DNA of 64,000 nt from an uncultured Planctomycetia bacterium. Its GTDB lineage: Bacteria; Planctomycetota; Phycisphaerae; FEN-1346; JAACEH01. The translations under genes and the position numbers were made by a program. The notes beneath the pieces were generated by a model, which saw only the letters and a program-made list of their open reading frames with translations, did not search any database and was not told where the DNA came from. Below, in pieces: positions 48,564 to 56,964 of this stretch. The stretch lies in the NCBI GenBank assembly GCA_903929765.1, contig CAIYVX010000033.1:5037-69036 (forward strand), read 5' to 3'. Each line of letters begins with the position of its first letter. Position 1 is the first letter of the stretch.

Positions 48564-49022
48564 GTGAAACTTTTATTGGCAGAAGACGTGAAGAATCTTG
48601 GCAAGGCCGGCGAAATGGTGACGGTCAAGGACGGCTATGCCCGCAATTACCTTCTGCCCCAGGGCCTGGCCCTGCGGCCGACGGCGGGCAACGTTCAGCG
48701 TGTGGAAAGCCTGAAGCAGGAGCGCGAGGCGGCCACGGTCGCTCAGCGACAGCGCCTGACTGAGGCGGTGGCGGCGCTCGAAGGGGTCAGTGTCACGGTC
48801 AAGGCCCAGGCCAACGAGCAGGGTCACCTTTTTGGCTCGGTCACAGAAAAGGAGATCGCCACGGCTCTGCAGGATCTCGGCCACAAGATCGAGGCCGGAC
48901 AGATTCTGCTGGCGGAACCGATTCGCATGCTGGATCGCTTCCACGTGCCGGTTCGCCTGGCGGACGGCTTCGAGGCGACGATCGACCTGTGGGTGGTGCC
49001 GGCGGAAGCCCCCGCAGCCTGA
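48564..49022 (+). CDS. rplI: 50S ribosomal protein L9
   Basis: (V)KLLLAEDVKNLGKAGEMVTVKDGYARNYLLPQGLA. GTG 48564 lies 7 nt after AGGAG. Confidence 0.9.
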   Translation: MKLLLAEDVKNLGKAGEMVTVKDGYARNYLLPQGLALRPTAGNVQRVESLKQEREAATVAQRQRLTEAVAALEGVSVTVKAQANEQGHLFGSVTEKEIATALQDLGHKIEAGQILLAEPIRMLDRFHVPVRLADGFEATIDLWVVPAEAPAA

Positions 49023-49117
49023 CGGTCCGTCGCCCCGGCAATGTCGGCCATCGGGAAGTTTCGGCGAAGACGGAGGAAATCCGAAGTCATCAGTCATCGT
49101 TCTCCGGAGTCTTTTGC

Positions 49118-49146
49118 TTGACCTCGGCGTCCGGCTGACGTAGAAT
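49118..49146 (+). promoter_or_regulatory. Sigma70 promoter of tRNA-fMet (TTGACC-N17-TAGAAT)
   Basis: TTGACC 49118-49123 and TAGAAT 49141-49146. The tRNA starts 17 nt downstream. Confidence 0.6.
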
Positions 49147-49162
49147 GTGCTTCGGAATAGAT

Positions 49163-49239
<77 letters not shown>

Positions 49240-49247
49240 AAGTTCTC

Positions 49248-49281
49248 AACACCTGTCCTTCGGGGCAGGTGTTCTTTTTTT
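49248..49281 (+). terminator. Rho-independent terminator after tRNA-fMet
   Basis: 11-bp stem AACACCTGTCC/GGGCAGGTGTT with a UUCG loop, followed by CTTTTTTT. Confidence 0.8.
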
Positions 49282-49738
49282 CCCAGAGGGCGAACGCGCC
49301 CGGGTTCAAGGCCATTTCTCCCCGTTTCTTTCTCGGCCAGAAGGTAATCGACTCGATATATCCGGAGAGGACTTGACGGGTGAATCCGTCGCGTCGCCCG
49401 TCGGCTGCTTATCGCAATCCGGTCATCATTTCCAGGTTGAACTGGAAAGACATTGACCCACAGAAGCAACCAAGTTGAAATCGAAAAAAAGCCATCGCTC
49501 GCCGTAACTTGCTTGTTTTACACGTGTTGCATCAAAACGCAAAATCAATGACCGGACAGTAGTGTGCTACAATTAGAAATCGACCCCACTAGCGAGATTG
49601 CGTCATGGGCAGTCTCGAAGCGGACCTGTTCGAAACTCTGCGGTTTGAGCCAGTGTCTCTTTGAACTCCGGGATTTGGCCGGGGCCGATGCGATGCTGAT
49701 TCGTGTCCTTGAAATCTCGCCGGCTCAGCGAGGAACGG

Positions 49739-50512
49739 TCAGAGCCGGCCCAGCAAGCGCAGCAGGCCGTCGAGAATCGTGAGGGGATGAGGCGGGCAGC
49801 CGGGAACGAAAAGATCGACGGGAACCGTCCCGGCAGCGCCGTTGTGAACTTCCGGGTGGTCAATGTACGGTCCACCGGAAATAGCGCAGGCCCCGACGGC
49901 GATGACGATTTTGGGCGACGGCACGGCCTGCCAGGTTTTCTCCAGGGCGAGTTTCATGTTGTCCGAGACCGCGCCGGTGATGAGCAAGCCGTCGGCGTGT
50001 CGCGGCGAGGCGACGAACTGGACGCCGAAGCGTCCGAGGTCCCAGCCCACCGTTCCCAGCACGTTGGTGTCGGCCTCGCAGGCGTTGCAGCCGCCGGCGG
50101 AGACCTGACGCAGCCGGAGCGAGCGGCCGAAGATTTTGCGGGCTTTCGCGTCGAGGGCGGCGGCGAGTTTAAGCGGCGCCTCGCCCGTGATCAAATTCTC
50201 CCGCGTGCACGTCGCCAGACGATAATCGTTACTGTAGGTAATCGCCTGGTGCGGACACGCGGCGGCGCAGTCGGGACAGAAGAGGCAGCGCCCGAGATCG
50301 ACGGTCAGGCGGGTGGCCGCGCCGGCTTGCGGCGCTTCGACAATCGCTCCGGTCGGGCAGGCATCGACGCAGCGCCGGCAGTCGGCCTGGCAGCGAGCCG
50401 CGACAAGTTGCGGCAACCCGCGAAAACGTTCCGGCAGCACCGGCGGCGGTCCGTCGGGAAAACGGATCGTGCGGTGTTTTTGCTGCCATCTGGCCAACAA
50501 CACTCTAATCAT
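49739..50512 (-). CDS. Fusion of a 2x[4Fe-4S] ferredoxin (HyfH/NuoI-like) with a NuoB/HyfI-type hydrogenase small subunit
   Basis: CQADCRRCVDACP and CLFCPDCAAACP ferredoxin motifs. NuoB-type ligands GGCNACE, GACAISGGP, VPGCPPHP. Confidence 0.8.
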   Translation of the reverse strand: MIRVLLARWQQKHRTIRFPDGPPPVLPERFRGLPQLVAARCQADCRRCVDACPTGAIVEAPQAGAATRLTVDLGRCLFCPDCAAACPHQAITYSNDYRLATCTRENLITGEAPLKLAAALDAKARKIFGRSLRLRQVSAGGCNACEADTNVLGTVGWDLGRFGVQFVASPRHADGLLITGAVSDNMKLALEKTWQAVPSPKIVIAVGACAISGGPYIDHPEVHNGAAGTVPVDLFVPGCPPHPLTILDGLLRLLGRL

Positions 50513-50531
50513 GACGGCTCTCCGACAACTT

Positions 50532-50990
50532 CTACAAATCGTGTCCGCAATAGGACAGGTTGAAGCTCTTGTTGCAGAGCGGGAAATCTGAAACGGCCTG
50601 GTTGCGCAAGGCGCAGGCCAGACCGAACCAGTTGTGGAACGAGGGATCGACGACCTTGTAGGAGGTAAACCGGCCGCGCTCGTCGGTCAGGACGACGTGG
50701 CAGATTTCGCCGCGCCAGCCTTCAATCAGCGAGACGGTCGCCTGGTTGGGGGCCAACGGTCCGACCTCTGTTGACAGAACCAGCAGGCCGCCGGCCTCGT
50801 CGTCGGCCAGAACGGCGAGCAATCGGAGTTTGTCGTTTGTGGCCAATTGGCCGAACAGGGCCGAAAGCCGCGCGCCGGCGCGAACCTCGTCGATGACAAC
50901 GTCGCGGAAGTCGTCGAATTCAATCAGCGGCACATCGGCCACGGGGGCGGCCTGGGCATTCTGAAGATGAAGGACGGAGTCGTCCATCAT
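50532..50990 (-). CDS. Miniaturised NuoD/[NiFe]-hydrogenase large-subunit-like protein (152 aa, no Ni-binding cysteine boxes)
   Basis: The C-terminal roughly 63 aa (EGWRGEICHVV...VVDPSFHNWFGL...DFPLCNKSFNLSYCGHDL) line up with the C-terminus of NuoD/HycE-type subunits. The ATG at 50990 overlaps the upstream stop (ATGA), with GGAGG upstream. The central catalytic domain is absent. Confidence 0.6.
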   Translation of the reverse strand: MMDDSVLHLQNAQAAPVADVPLIEFDDFRDVVIDEVRAGARLSALFGQLATNDKLRLLAVLADDEAGGLLVLSTEVGPLAPNQATVSLIEGWRGEICHVVLTDERGRFTSYKVVDPSFHNWFGLACALRNQAVSDFPLCNKSFNLSYCGHDL

Positions 50991-52495
50991 GGCCCTCCAG
51001 TGATGATGCCGGAGGCCTGGGTCAAGGTCTCTCGCAGGAAGTCCGGCATCCACAATCCGACGGCCAACAACAGACCAAGCGGCGCCCAGACCAGAGCCTT
51101 CTCGATCAGCGTGGACTTTTCAATCGGAAGCGGTTGCGCGGGCGCGGGCTGCTCCGATGATTTCCCCCAGGCGGCGGCGATGGCGTAGCGCAGGGCGGCG
51201 ACGAAAACGATCGAGAGGCCGGCCAGGAAAATGGCCATGACGAGGAAGTCGCCTTTGTCGACGGCGGCTTTGAGAATCAGGAACTCGCTCATGAAGATGG
51301 CGAACGGGGCCACGCCGATCAGGGCCAGGAGACTGACGAACAGTCCACCGCCCCAGAGCGGCGCGGAGCGGGCGGCCCCGGCCAGAACGCCGAGGTCGTG
51401 GGTGCCGAACCGTTGGCCCAGGCGGCCGGCGGAGAAAAAGGCCAGCGGCTTGCAGAGCGAATGGTTCAACACATGGAACATGGCGGCAAAGACGCCGACG
51501 CCGCCCAGGCCGACGCCGAGGGCGATAATGCCCATGTGCTCGACGCTGCTATAGGCCAGGAGCCGCTTGGCGTCGCGCTGAAAAAGGATGAACGCCGCAG
51601 CGACCACAATCGAGACCAGGCCGACGAGCGTGAGCAGACCAGTCGCCCAGCCGATATTCCCTGTGGCGGCCTCGACCAGCGGCAGGCAGCGCAAGATGCA
51701 ATAGAGGGCGGAGTTCAAGAGGAACCCCGAGAAGACGGCCGAGACCGGGGCAGGGGCCTGGCTGTGGGCGTCCGGCAGCCAGTTGTGCATCGGGGCCAGG
51801 CCGGCCTTGGTGCCATAACCGACGAGCATGAAGATGAAGGCCATCTTGAGCAGCGCGGGGTTCAGGTCCGGAGCGACGTCGCGCAGCCGGGTCCAGAGCA
51901 GGGCGTCGCCCGCCGGAAGATGAGCCTGGCCGGCGGCGGCCCCGATCAGCAGCGTGCCAATGAAGGCAAAGGCCACGCCCACCGAGCAGACGATCAGATA
52001 TTTCCACATGGCTTCGAGCGAACCCGGACTGCGGTGGAGGCAGATCAGGAACGCCGTCAGGAGCGTCGTGGCCTCGACGCCCACCCAGACCACGCCCAGG
52101 TTGTTGGAGATGAGTACCAGGGCCATGGCGCCGAGGGAACCGAGCCACAAGGCCCCGAAGCGCCGGGCGGTTCGCAGCGAGAAATGTCCCGCCCGTTCCT
52201 CGTGGCCGAAGTAGAACCAGGCGTAGACGGAACTCAGCCCGAAGACCGCGAGCAGGATGGCCAGGTGATAGGCCGACAAGGCGTCGAGGTAGAACCAGCC
52301 GGCGCAGGCTTCGACCGGGCCGTGGGCAAAGACCGCCCAGACAGCGGCGCCGGTGGCCACGGCTTCCGCCGCCACTACGGCGCAAACGCCGGCCAGCACG
52401 GTCTTGGGCGAGCGCAGGAGCAGGCACACCAAAGCGCCCAGCGCCGGCACGATCAAGAGTGGCCAGAGGAGCCACGACATTTCCATGAGCATCAA
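50987..52495 (-). CDS. Proton-conducting membrane transporter subunit (HyfF/NuoN-like antiporter-type)
   Basis: About 14 TM segments. The conserved WLPDAHSQAPAPVSA motif of the NuoL/M/N-Mrp family. Confidence 0.85.
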   Translation of the reverse strand: MMLMEMSWLLWPLLIVPALGALVCLLLRSPKTVLAGVCAVVAAEAVATGAAVWAVFAHGPVEACAGWFYLDALSAYHLAILLAVFGLSSVYAWFYFGHEERAGHFSLRTARRFGALWLGSLGAMALVLISNNLGVVWVGVEATTLLTAFLICLHRSPGSLEAMWKYLIVCSVGVAFAFIGTLLIGAAAGQAHLPAGDALLWTRLRDVAPDLNPALLKMAFIFMLVGYGTKAGLAPMHNWLPDAHSQAPAPVSAVFSGFLLNSALYCILRCLPLVEAATGNIGWATGLLTLVGLVSIVVAAAFILFQRDAKRLLAYSSVEHMGIIALGVGLGGVGVFAAMFHVLNHSLCKPLAFFSAGRLGQRFGTHDLGVLAGAARSAPLWGGGLFVSLLALIGVAPFAIFMSEFLILKAAVDKGDFLVMAIFLAGLSIVFVAALRYAIAAAWGKSSEQPAPAQPLPIEKSTLIEKALVWAPLGLLLAVGLWMPDFLRETLTQASGIITGGP

Positions 52496-53139
52496 CCTTT
52501 CAGCGAGTCCAACTGGTCGGCGTCCAGGTGTTCAAATTCCCGGCTGATGTGGTAGGTGGCAATCGTCATGACGAAGACCCCCACGAAAGCGTCGAGCAGG
52601 ACGCCCAGTTCCACCAGGGCCGGAATCTCTTTCACCAGGGCCAGGCCCAGCACATAAATCCCGTTCTCCATCACCAGATAGCCGAGTACCTGGTTGATGG
52701 CAATCTTGCGGCTGATGATGACGAAGAGTCCGATCAGGATGGTCGACAGGGCCACCGGCAACAGCAGGGCCAGGTGCGGCGTCTCCGGCAACGGCAGCCG
52801 CGAGATCAACCAGAACGAAATGGCCAGTGTCAACACGCCGATCACGATCGACAGCGAGTAGCCGACAAACGGCTCGACCTCGCGCTGCACATTGGCCTGA
52901 CGCAAAGCCTTCAGGAGCAACTGCGGGAAGATCACGCCGCGGATAATCACGCTGGCGGCGGCGATGAACCACAACCGCCCCGAAATTCCCTGGTCCCAGG
53001 ACAACAGGAGCGGCAAGAGACCCAGGGCGATGCCCTCGGCGGCGACGATGCGCGTGCAGGCGATCAGTCGGCTCGAGGCCAGCAGCCACAGGTTCAGCAG
53101 CACCAGCAGGACCATCAACCCATCGATTGGTTCGTTCAT
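52492..53139 (-). CDS. Hydrogenase-4 component E-like small membrane subunit (HyfE/NuoK-like)
   Basis: 215-aa polytopic protein, VLGYLVMENGIYVLG. ATGA overlaps at both ends. Confidence 0.7.
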   Translation of the reverse strand: MNEPIDGLMVLLVLLNLWLLASSRLIACTRIVAAEGIALGLLPLLLSWDQGISGRLWFIAAASVIIRGVIFPQLLLKALRQANVQREVEPFVGYSLSIVIGVLTLAISFWLISRLPLPETPHLALLLPVALSTILIGLFVIISRKIAINQVLGYLVMENGIYVLGLALVKEIPALVELGVLLDAFVGVFVMTIATYHISREFEHLDADQLDSLKG

Positions 53140-54062
53140 ACGGGACGCCTCAAAACCAGGACCAGGGCGACGACGGACAAGGCCCCGGCCGTGACCAGCA
53201 GTTGCGGCACGCGAACCATTCGCAGCCGCGCCATTGTTGATTCCACCGTGCCGACTGCCACGCCCAGGCTCAACAACCCGGCCAGCAACACGGCGAGATC
53301 AACCAGCCACGTGCCGCTATGGGCCGGCAGAACAATCTGCACCAGGATCATGCCCATGACCCACATTTTCAGGGCCGCACCGTACAGGATGAAAGCGAAA
53401 TCGGGACCGCCGTGATCCAGGACCATGACCTCGTGAATCATCGTCAGCTCGAGGTGCGTGTTCGGATCGTCCACGGGAATGCGGGCGTTCTCGACCAGGA
53501 AGACGAGGAACATGGCCGCTGCGACCAGGGCCAGTTCCGGCGCCGCCGACCACCAGCTCTCGACCGTCAGGCCGCCGAAGATACCGGTCAGCGACAGGCT
53601 GCCCGTGAGCTTGGCCAGCGCCGCCAGGCCGAGCAGGAAGGCCGGCTCGGCCAGAGCGGAGAAGGTTACTTCGCGGCTGGCGCCCATGCCCTCAAAGGCC
53701 GAGCCGGTGTCGAGCGCCGCCAGGACGGTAATGAATCGCATCAGGCCGAACAGGCCGGCCAACAAGATCAGGTCGCCGTCAAACCCAAGCAGCGAGCTGC
53801 CGCCGCCGGTGGGTACGATCAACAAGGCCGTCAGGACCGCCGCCAGGCCCAGGGCCGGACCCAGCCGAAACACCCAGCTCGTCGTCCGGCTGTAGACGGC
53901 GCCCTTATGGAGCAATTTCCACAGGTCATAGTAAAGTTGCAGGAGCGGCGGTCCCTTTCGACCTGCGAAGAAGGCCTTGGTGCGGTTGATCACGCCGGGC
54001 AGGAGCGGCGCCAGGACCACCGACAACGCGAGGTTGAGGATCGTTGTGGAGTTCATGGTCAT
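53136..54062 (-). CDS. HyfC/HycD/NuoH-like membrane subunit
   Basis: LPGVINRTKAFFAGRKGPPLLQLYYDLWKLL... is typical of formate hydrogenlyase subunit 4 / NuoH. The ATG at 54062 overlaps the upstream stop. Confidence 0.8.
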   Translation of the reverse strand: MTMNSTTILNLALSVVLAPLLPGVINRTKAFFAGRKGPPLLQLYYDLWKLLHKGAVYSRTTSWVFRLGPALGLAAVLTALLIVPTGGGSSLLGFDGDLILLAGLFGLMRFITVLAALDTGSAFEGMGASREVTFSALAEPAFLLGLAALAKLTGSLSLTGIFGGLTVESWWSAAPELALVAAAMFLVFLVENARIPVDDPNTHLELTMIHEVMVLDHGGPDFAFILYGAALKMWVMGMILVQIVLPAHSGTWLVDLAVLLAGLLSLGVAVGTVESTMARLRMVRVPQLLVTAGALSVVALVLVLRRPV

Positions 54063-56023
54063 CCCAGCTTCCAGGCCAGCAGGATCAGCAGGGCCAGAAC
54101 AATGTACAGGACGTAGAGTTGCAACCGCCCGTGTTGCAGCCATTGCAGACGGCCCATCAGCCATTTGACGCCCTGGAAGGCCGGGCGGAAAACGCTCTCG
54201 CCGAACAGGTCGGGCGTGTGCGTTACCAGGCTGGCTTCGCGCGGGAAAAGGCCGGTCGGCAACTGGGCCTCGCGACGCGTGCGGAGGAACATTTGAAAGA
54301 CTTCCGTGAGCGGCTCGGCGAACGAGGAGGCGGTGTACTGCATCCGCGCCGTTGGGGCCACATAGCCGCAATCCCAGGTGCCTGCAGTCTCGACCTTGCG
54401 ACCGGCGAGAAGCCGGCGTCGCAAAAGAAGCAATCCGCCGAGGATCACCACCACAGCGCCTCCGGCCCAGGCCATGCCGTTGGCCAGCCCCGTCGTCCCC
54501 GACAGTTCTGCGTGTGCCGTCTCAACCGGGAGGCCCGCCGCCACGGCCACGGCCTCGCTCAGCCACGGCAGCACCAGAGGCGCGAGCAGGCCGATCAGAA
54601 TACAGGCCAGAGCCAACGCGATCATCGGAATCAGCATCGCCGAGGGAACCTCGTGGGCTTTTGCTGCCTGCTCGGTGCGCGGCTCTCCGAGAAACACCAC
54701 GCCGCCGGCTTTGGCGAAACACGCCGCCGCCAGGCCGCCGATCAGGGCCAGACAGCCGATGGCCGCCAACAGCGCCGCCGGACCCCAGGAACCCAACGCC
54801 ACCATGCCCTTGAGTGAGCCGACAAAAATGAGCAATTCGCTGATGAACCCGTTCAGCGGCGGCAGCCCGGCGATGGCCACGGAAGCAATCAGGAACGTGG
54901 CCGCCGTCCACGGCATTTTCTTAATGAGCCCGCCGAGGCGGTCGATCTCTCGTGTGCCCGTGGCGTGCAACACCGCGCCCGCCCCGAGGAACAAAAGCCC
55001 CTTGAACAGGGCGTGATTGACGACGTGCAGCAACCCGCCCGCAAACCCCAGGACGGCCACGGTCATGTTGCCGCGCGCCAGGCCGACCAGGCCCACGCCC
55101 AGACTGAGGGTGATGATACCGATATTTTCCACGCTGCTATAGGCCAGCAACCGTTTCAGATCGCTCTGTGAGAGGGCCAGCAGCACGCCGAGAATCCCGG
55201 AGGTCACGCCCACGCCGATCAGAACCCAGCCCCACCATTCCAGCGGCGGGCCGAGGAACGTCAACGTGCGCACCAGGCCGTAGATGCCGGTCTTGATCAT
55301 CACGCCCGACATCACCGCCGAAACGTGGCTCGGCGCCGCCGGATGGGCCTCCGGCAGCCAAACGTGCAGCGGCAGGAAGCCCGCCTTCGTCCCGAACCCG
55401 ATCACCGCCAGCAGGAACAGGACGCTCGGCATTCCCGCTGCCGTGAAGTTCTCGAAGTCCAGCGAGTTGTTCTCGCGCCCCAGCAGCAGGAACATCACCA
55501 GCAGAAAGGCCGTGCCCAGGTGCATGGCAATCAGGTAGGTCCAGCCGGCCTGCCGCACGCTCTCCTTTTCGTTCTCGGAGGTGACCAGGAAGAACGATGA
55601 CAGCGACATCACCTCCCAGGCCACGAGGAACAGCAGGCCGTTACGGGCCACGACCAGCAGCACCATTGATGCCGCCAGCAGATTGAAGCAGAGCCACGAC
55701 CTGCCGTGGGACTTGGCGCGATCAAGGTAGGCCGATCCGTAGATGGCGGCCAGGGCCGGAAGCACGACGATCGGCAGCACGAACAGGGCCGACAGGCCGT
55801 CCATAGCCAGCGAGAACGATCCCAGCGGCATGTTCCACGCCCAGCGAATCGGCTCGACCGAGCCGCCGGCCAGTGCCATCCCCGCCGGGATCGCGGCCGC
55901 CGCCGCGCCCAGGACGGCGGCGCCAACGCCGAACGCCATGGCGGCGCGGCGGGACGAGCCGCTCAGAAACGAAGCGACCCCTCCCAGCAGATAGATGCCG
56001 ATGGCGACGACGATCAGATACAT
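54059..56023 (-). CDS. HyfB/NuoL-like proton-conducting membrane transporter subunit
   Basis: 654 aa, about 16 TM segments, WLPEAHPAAPSHVSAVMSGVMIK antiporter motif. Confidence 0.85.
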   Translation of the reverse strand: MYLIVVAIGIYLLGGVASFLSGSSRRAAMAFGVGAAVLGAAAAAIPAGMALAGGSVEPIRWAWNMPLGSFSLAMDGLSALFVLPIVVLPALAAIYGSAYLDRAKSHGRSWLCFNLLAASMVLLVVARNGLLFLVAWEVMSLSSFFLVTSENEKESVRQAGWTYLIAMHLGTAFLLVMFLLLGRENNSLDFENFTAAGMPSVLFLLAVIGFGTKAGFLPLHVWLPEAHPAAPSHVSAVMSGVMIKTGIYGLVRTLTFLGPPLEWWGWVLIGVGVTSGILGVLLALSQSDLKRLLAYSSVENIGIITLSLGVGLVGLARGNMTVAVLGFAGGLLHVVNHALFKGLLFLGAGAVLHATGTREIDRLGGLIKKMPWTAATFLIASVAIAGLPPLNGFISELLIFVGSLKGMVALGSWGPAALLAAIGCLALIGGLAAACFAKAGGVVFLGEPRTEQAAKAHEVPSAMLIPMIALALACILIGLLAPLVLPWLSEAVAVAAGLPVETAHAELSGTTGLANGMAWAGGAVVVILGGLLLLRRRLLAGRKVETAGTWDCGYVAPTARMQYTASSFAEPLTEVFQMFLRTRREAQLPTGLFPREASLVTHTPDLFGESVFRPAFQGVKWLMGRLQWLQHGRLQLYVLYIVLALLILLAWKLG

Positions 56024-56034
56024 GAAAGTTCCTG

Positions 56035-56760
56035 CTAACCCCCTGCGGCCGGGGAAGATGGTTCTGTGGAAACTTGCGGGCTATTCGAGGTCAGGCCCTG
56101 ATCCACCCGGGCGGCCGCATCGAGCAATTCCTGGCGCGAGGCCTGCCGCGTGACGGCGCTGTGGAACTCGTTGTCGCGCAGGGCAAAGGCCAGTTTCGAC
56201 AACAGGCTCAGGTGCCCGCGAATGGTCGGGCTGACCAGGGTGAAAAGCGTTTTTACGAGTTGGCCGTCCATGGCCCCGAAGTCTATCGGCTGTTCCAGAA
56301 AACAGAGCGCGACCATCGGCCGCGGAATGTGCAGCACAATCGGATTACGCACATGCGGGATGGCGATACCGTCGCCGATGGCCGTCGAGCCGAGCGACTC
56401 GCGGGCCAGGAGAACCTTGAGCAGGAAGTCGCGGTCGACTTCCTCGGGCAACGGCATGATCTCCACCACGGACTTGAGGACCGAGGGCTTGTCGATCCCG
56501 CCCACGCGGTAGAAGACGCCGCCGGAGCGTAACGCGTCGGCAAAGGTGAAGACGCTGCCGGTCGCCCCTTCCGGCTCGGCGAAGATCTCCGGCGAGACGT
56601 TGATCCGCCTGGCCGTGGCCCATTCCAGCAACTCGGCCCGGTTGAACCGGTACTGGTCGTTGACCTTGTAGGCCGGCAGCTTCCCTTCCTTGACCCAGCG
56701 GTAGATAGTCTTTTCGGAAAGGTCCAGAATCTTAGCCGCATCGTGGACGGTAAGTTGCAT
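56035..56760 (-). CDS. Excisionase/MerR-type HTH domain fused to a PTS EIIA (fructose/nitrogen, PtsN-like) domain
   Basis: N-terminus LTVHDAAKILDLSEKTIYRWVKEGKLPAYKV. The C-terminus carries the EIIA-2 active-site region GDGIAIPHVRNP. It ends 11 nt before the HyfB-like start. Confidence 0.75.
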   Translation of the reverse strand: MQLTVHDAAKILDLSEKTIYRWVKEGKLPAYKVNDQYRFNRAELLEWATARRINVSPEIFAEPEGATGSVFTFADALRSGGVFYRVGGIDKPSVLKSVVEIMPLPEEVDRDFLLKVLLARESLGSTAIGDGIAIPHVRNPIVLHIPRPMVALCFLEQPIDFGAMDGQLVKTLFTLVSPTIRGHLSLLSKLAFALRDNEFHSAVTRQASRQELLDAAARVDQGLTSNSPQVSTEPSSPAAGG

Positions 56761-56964
56761 TCTTCTCCTGACTTCTCGTCTGAGCCACATTTTGGACTTC
56801 AATGGACAGGAAAATTTTATAGCGAACCAACTGAGCCGTCAATGGCAAATCTGATTCCGCAGCATCAGCCAAGACATCCGCCATTTCGCTCCTAACTCTC
56901 GTCCCCGGCGAAACTTAAATTCAATCAAAATCGCCGCCCATGAGGATATCCACGAGGGGTGCCC

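Noticed and set aside
49290-49330. Possible degenerate duplicate of the tRNA-fMet 3' end (gggttcaaggcc...ccccg) as an att scar.
   Set aside because: Only about 60% identity over about 30 nt by eye, and no T-arm pairing is retained. This is too weak to call without the statistics of an alignment.
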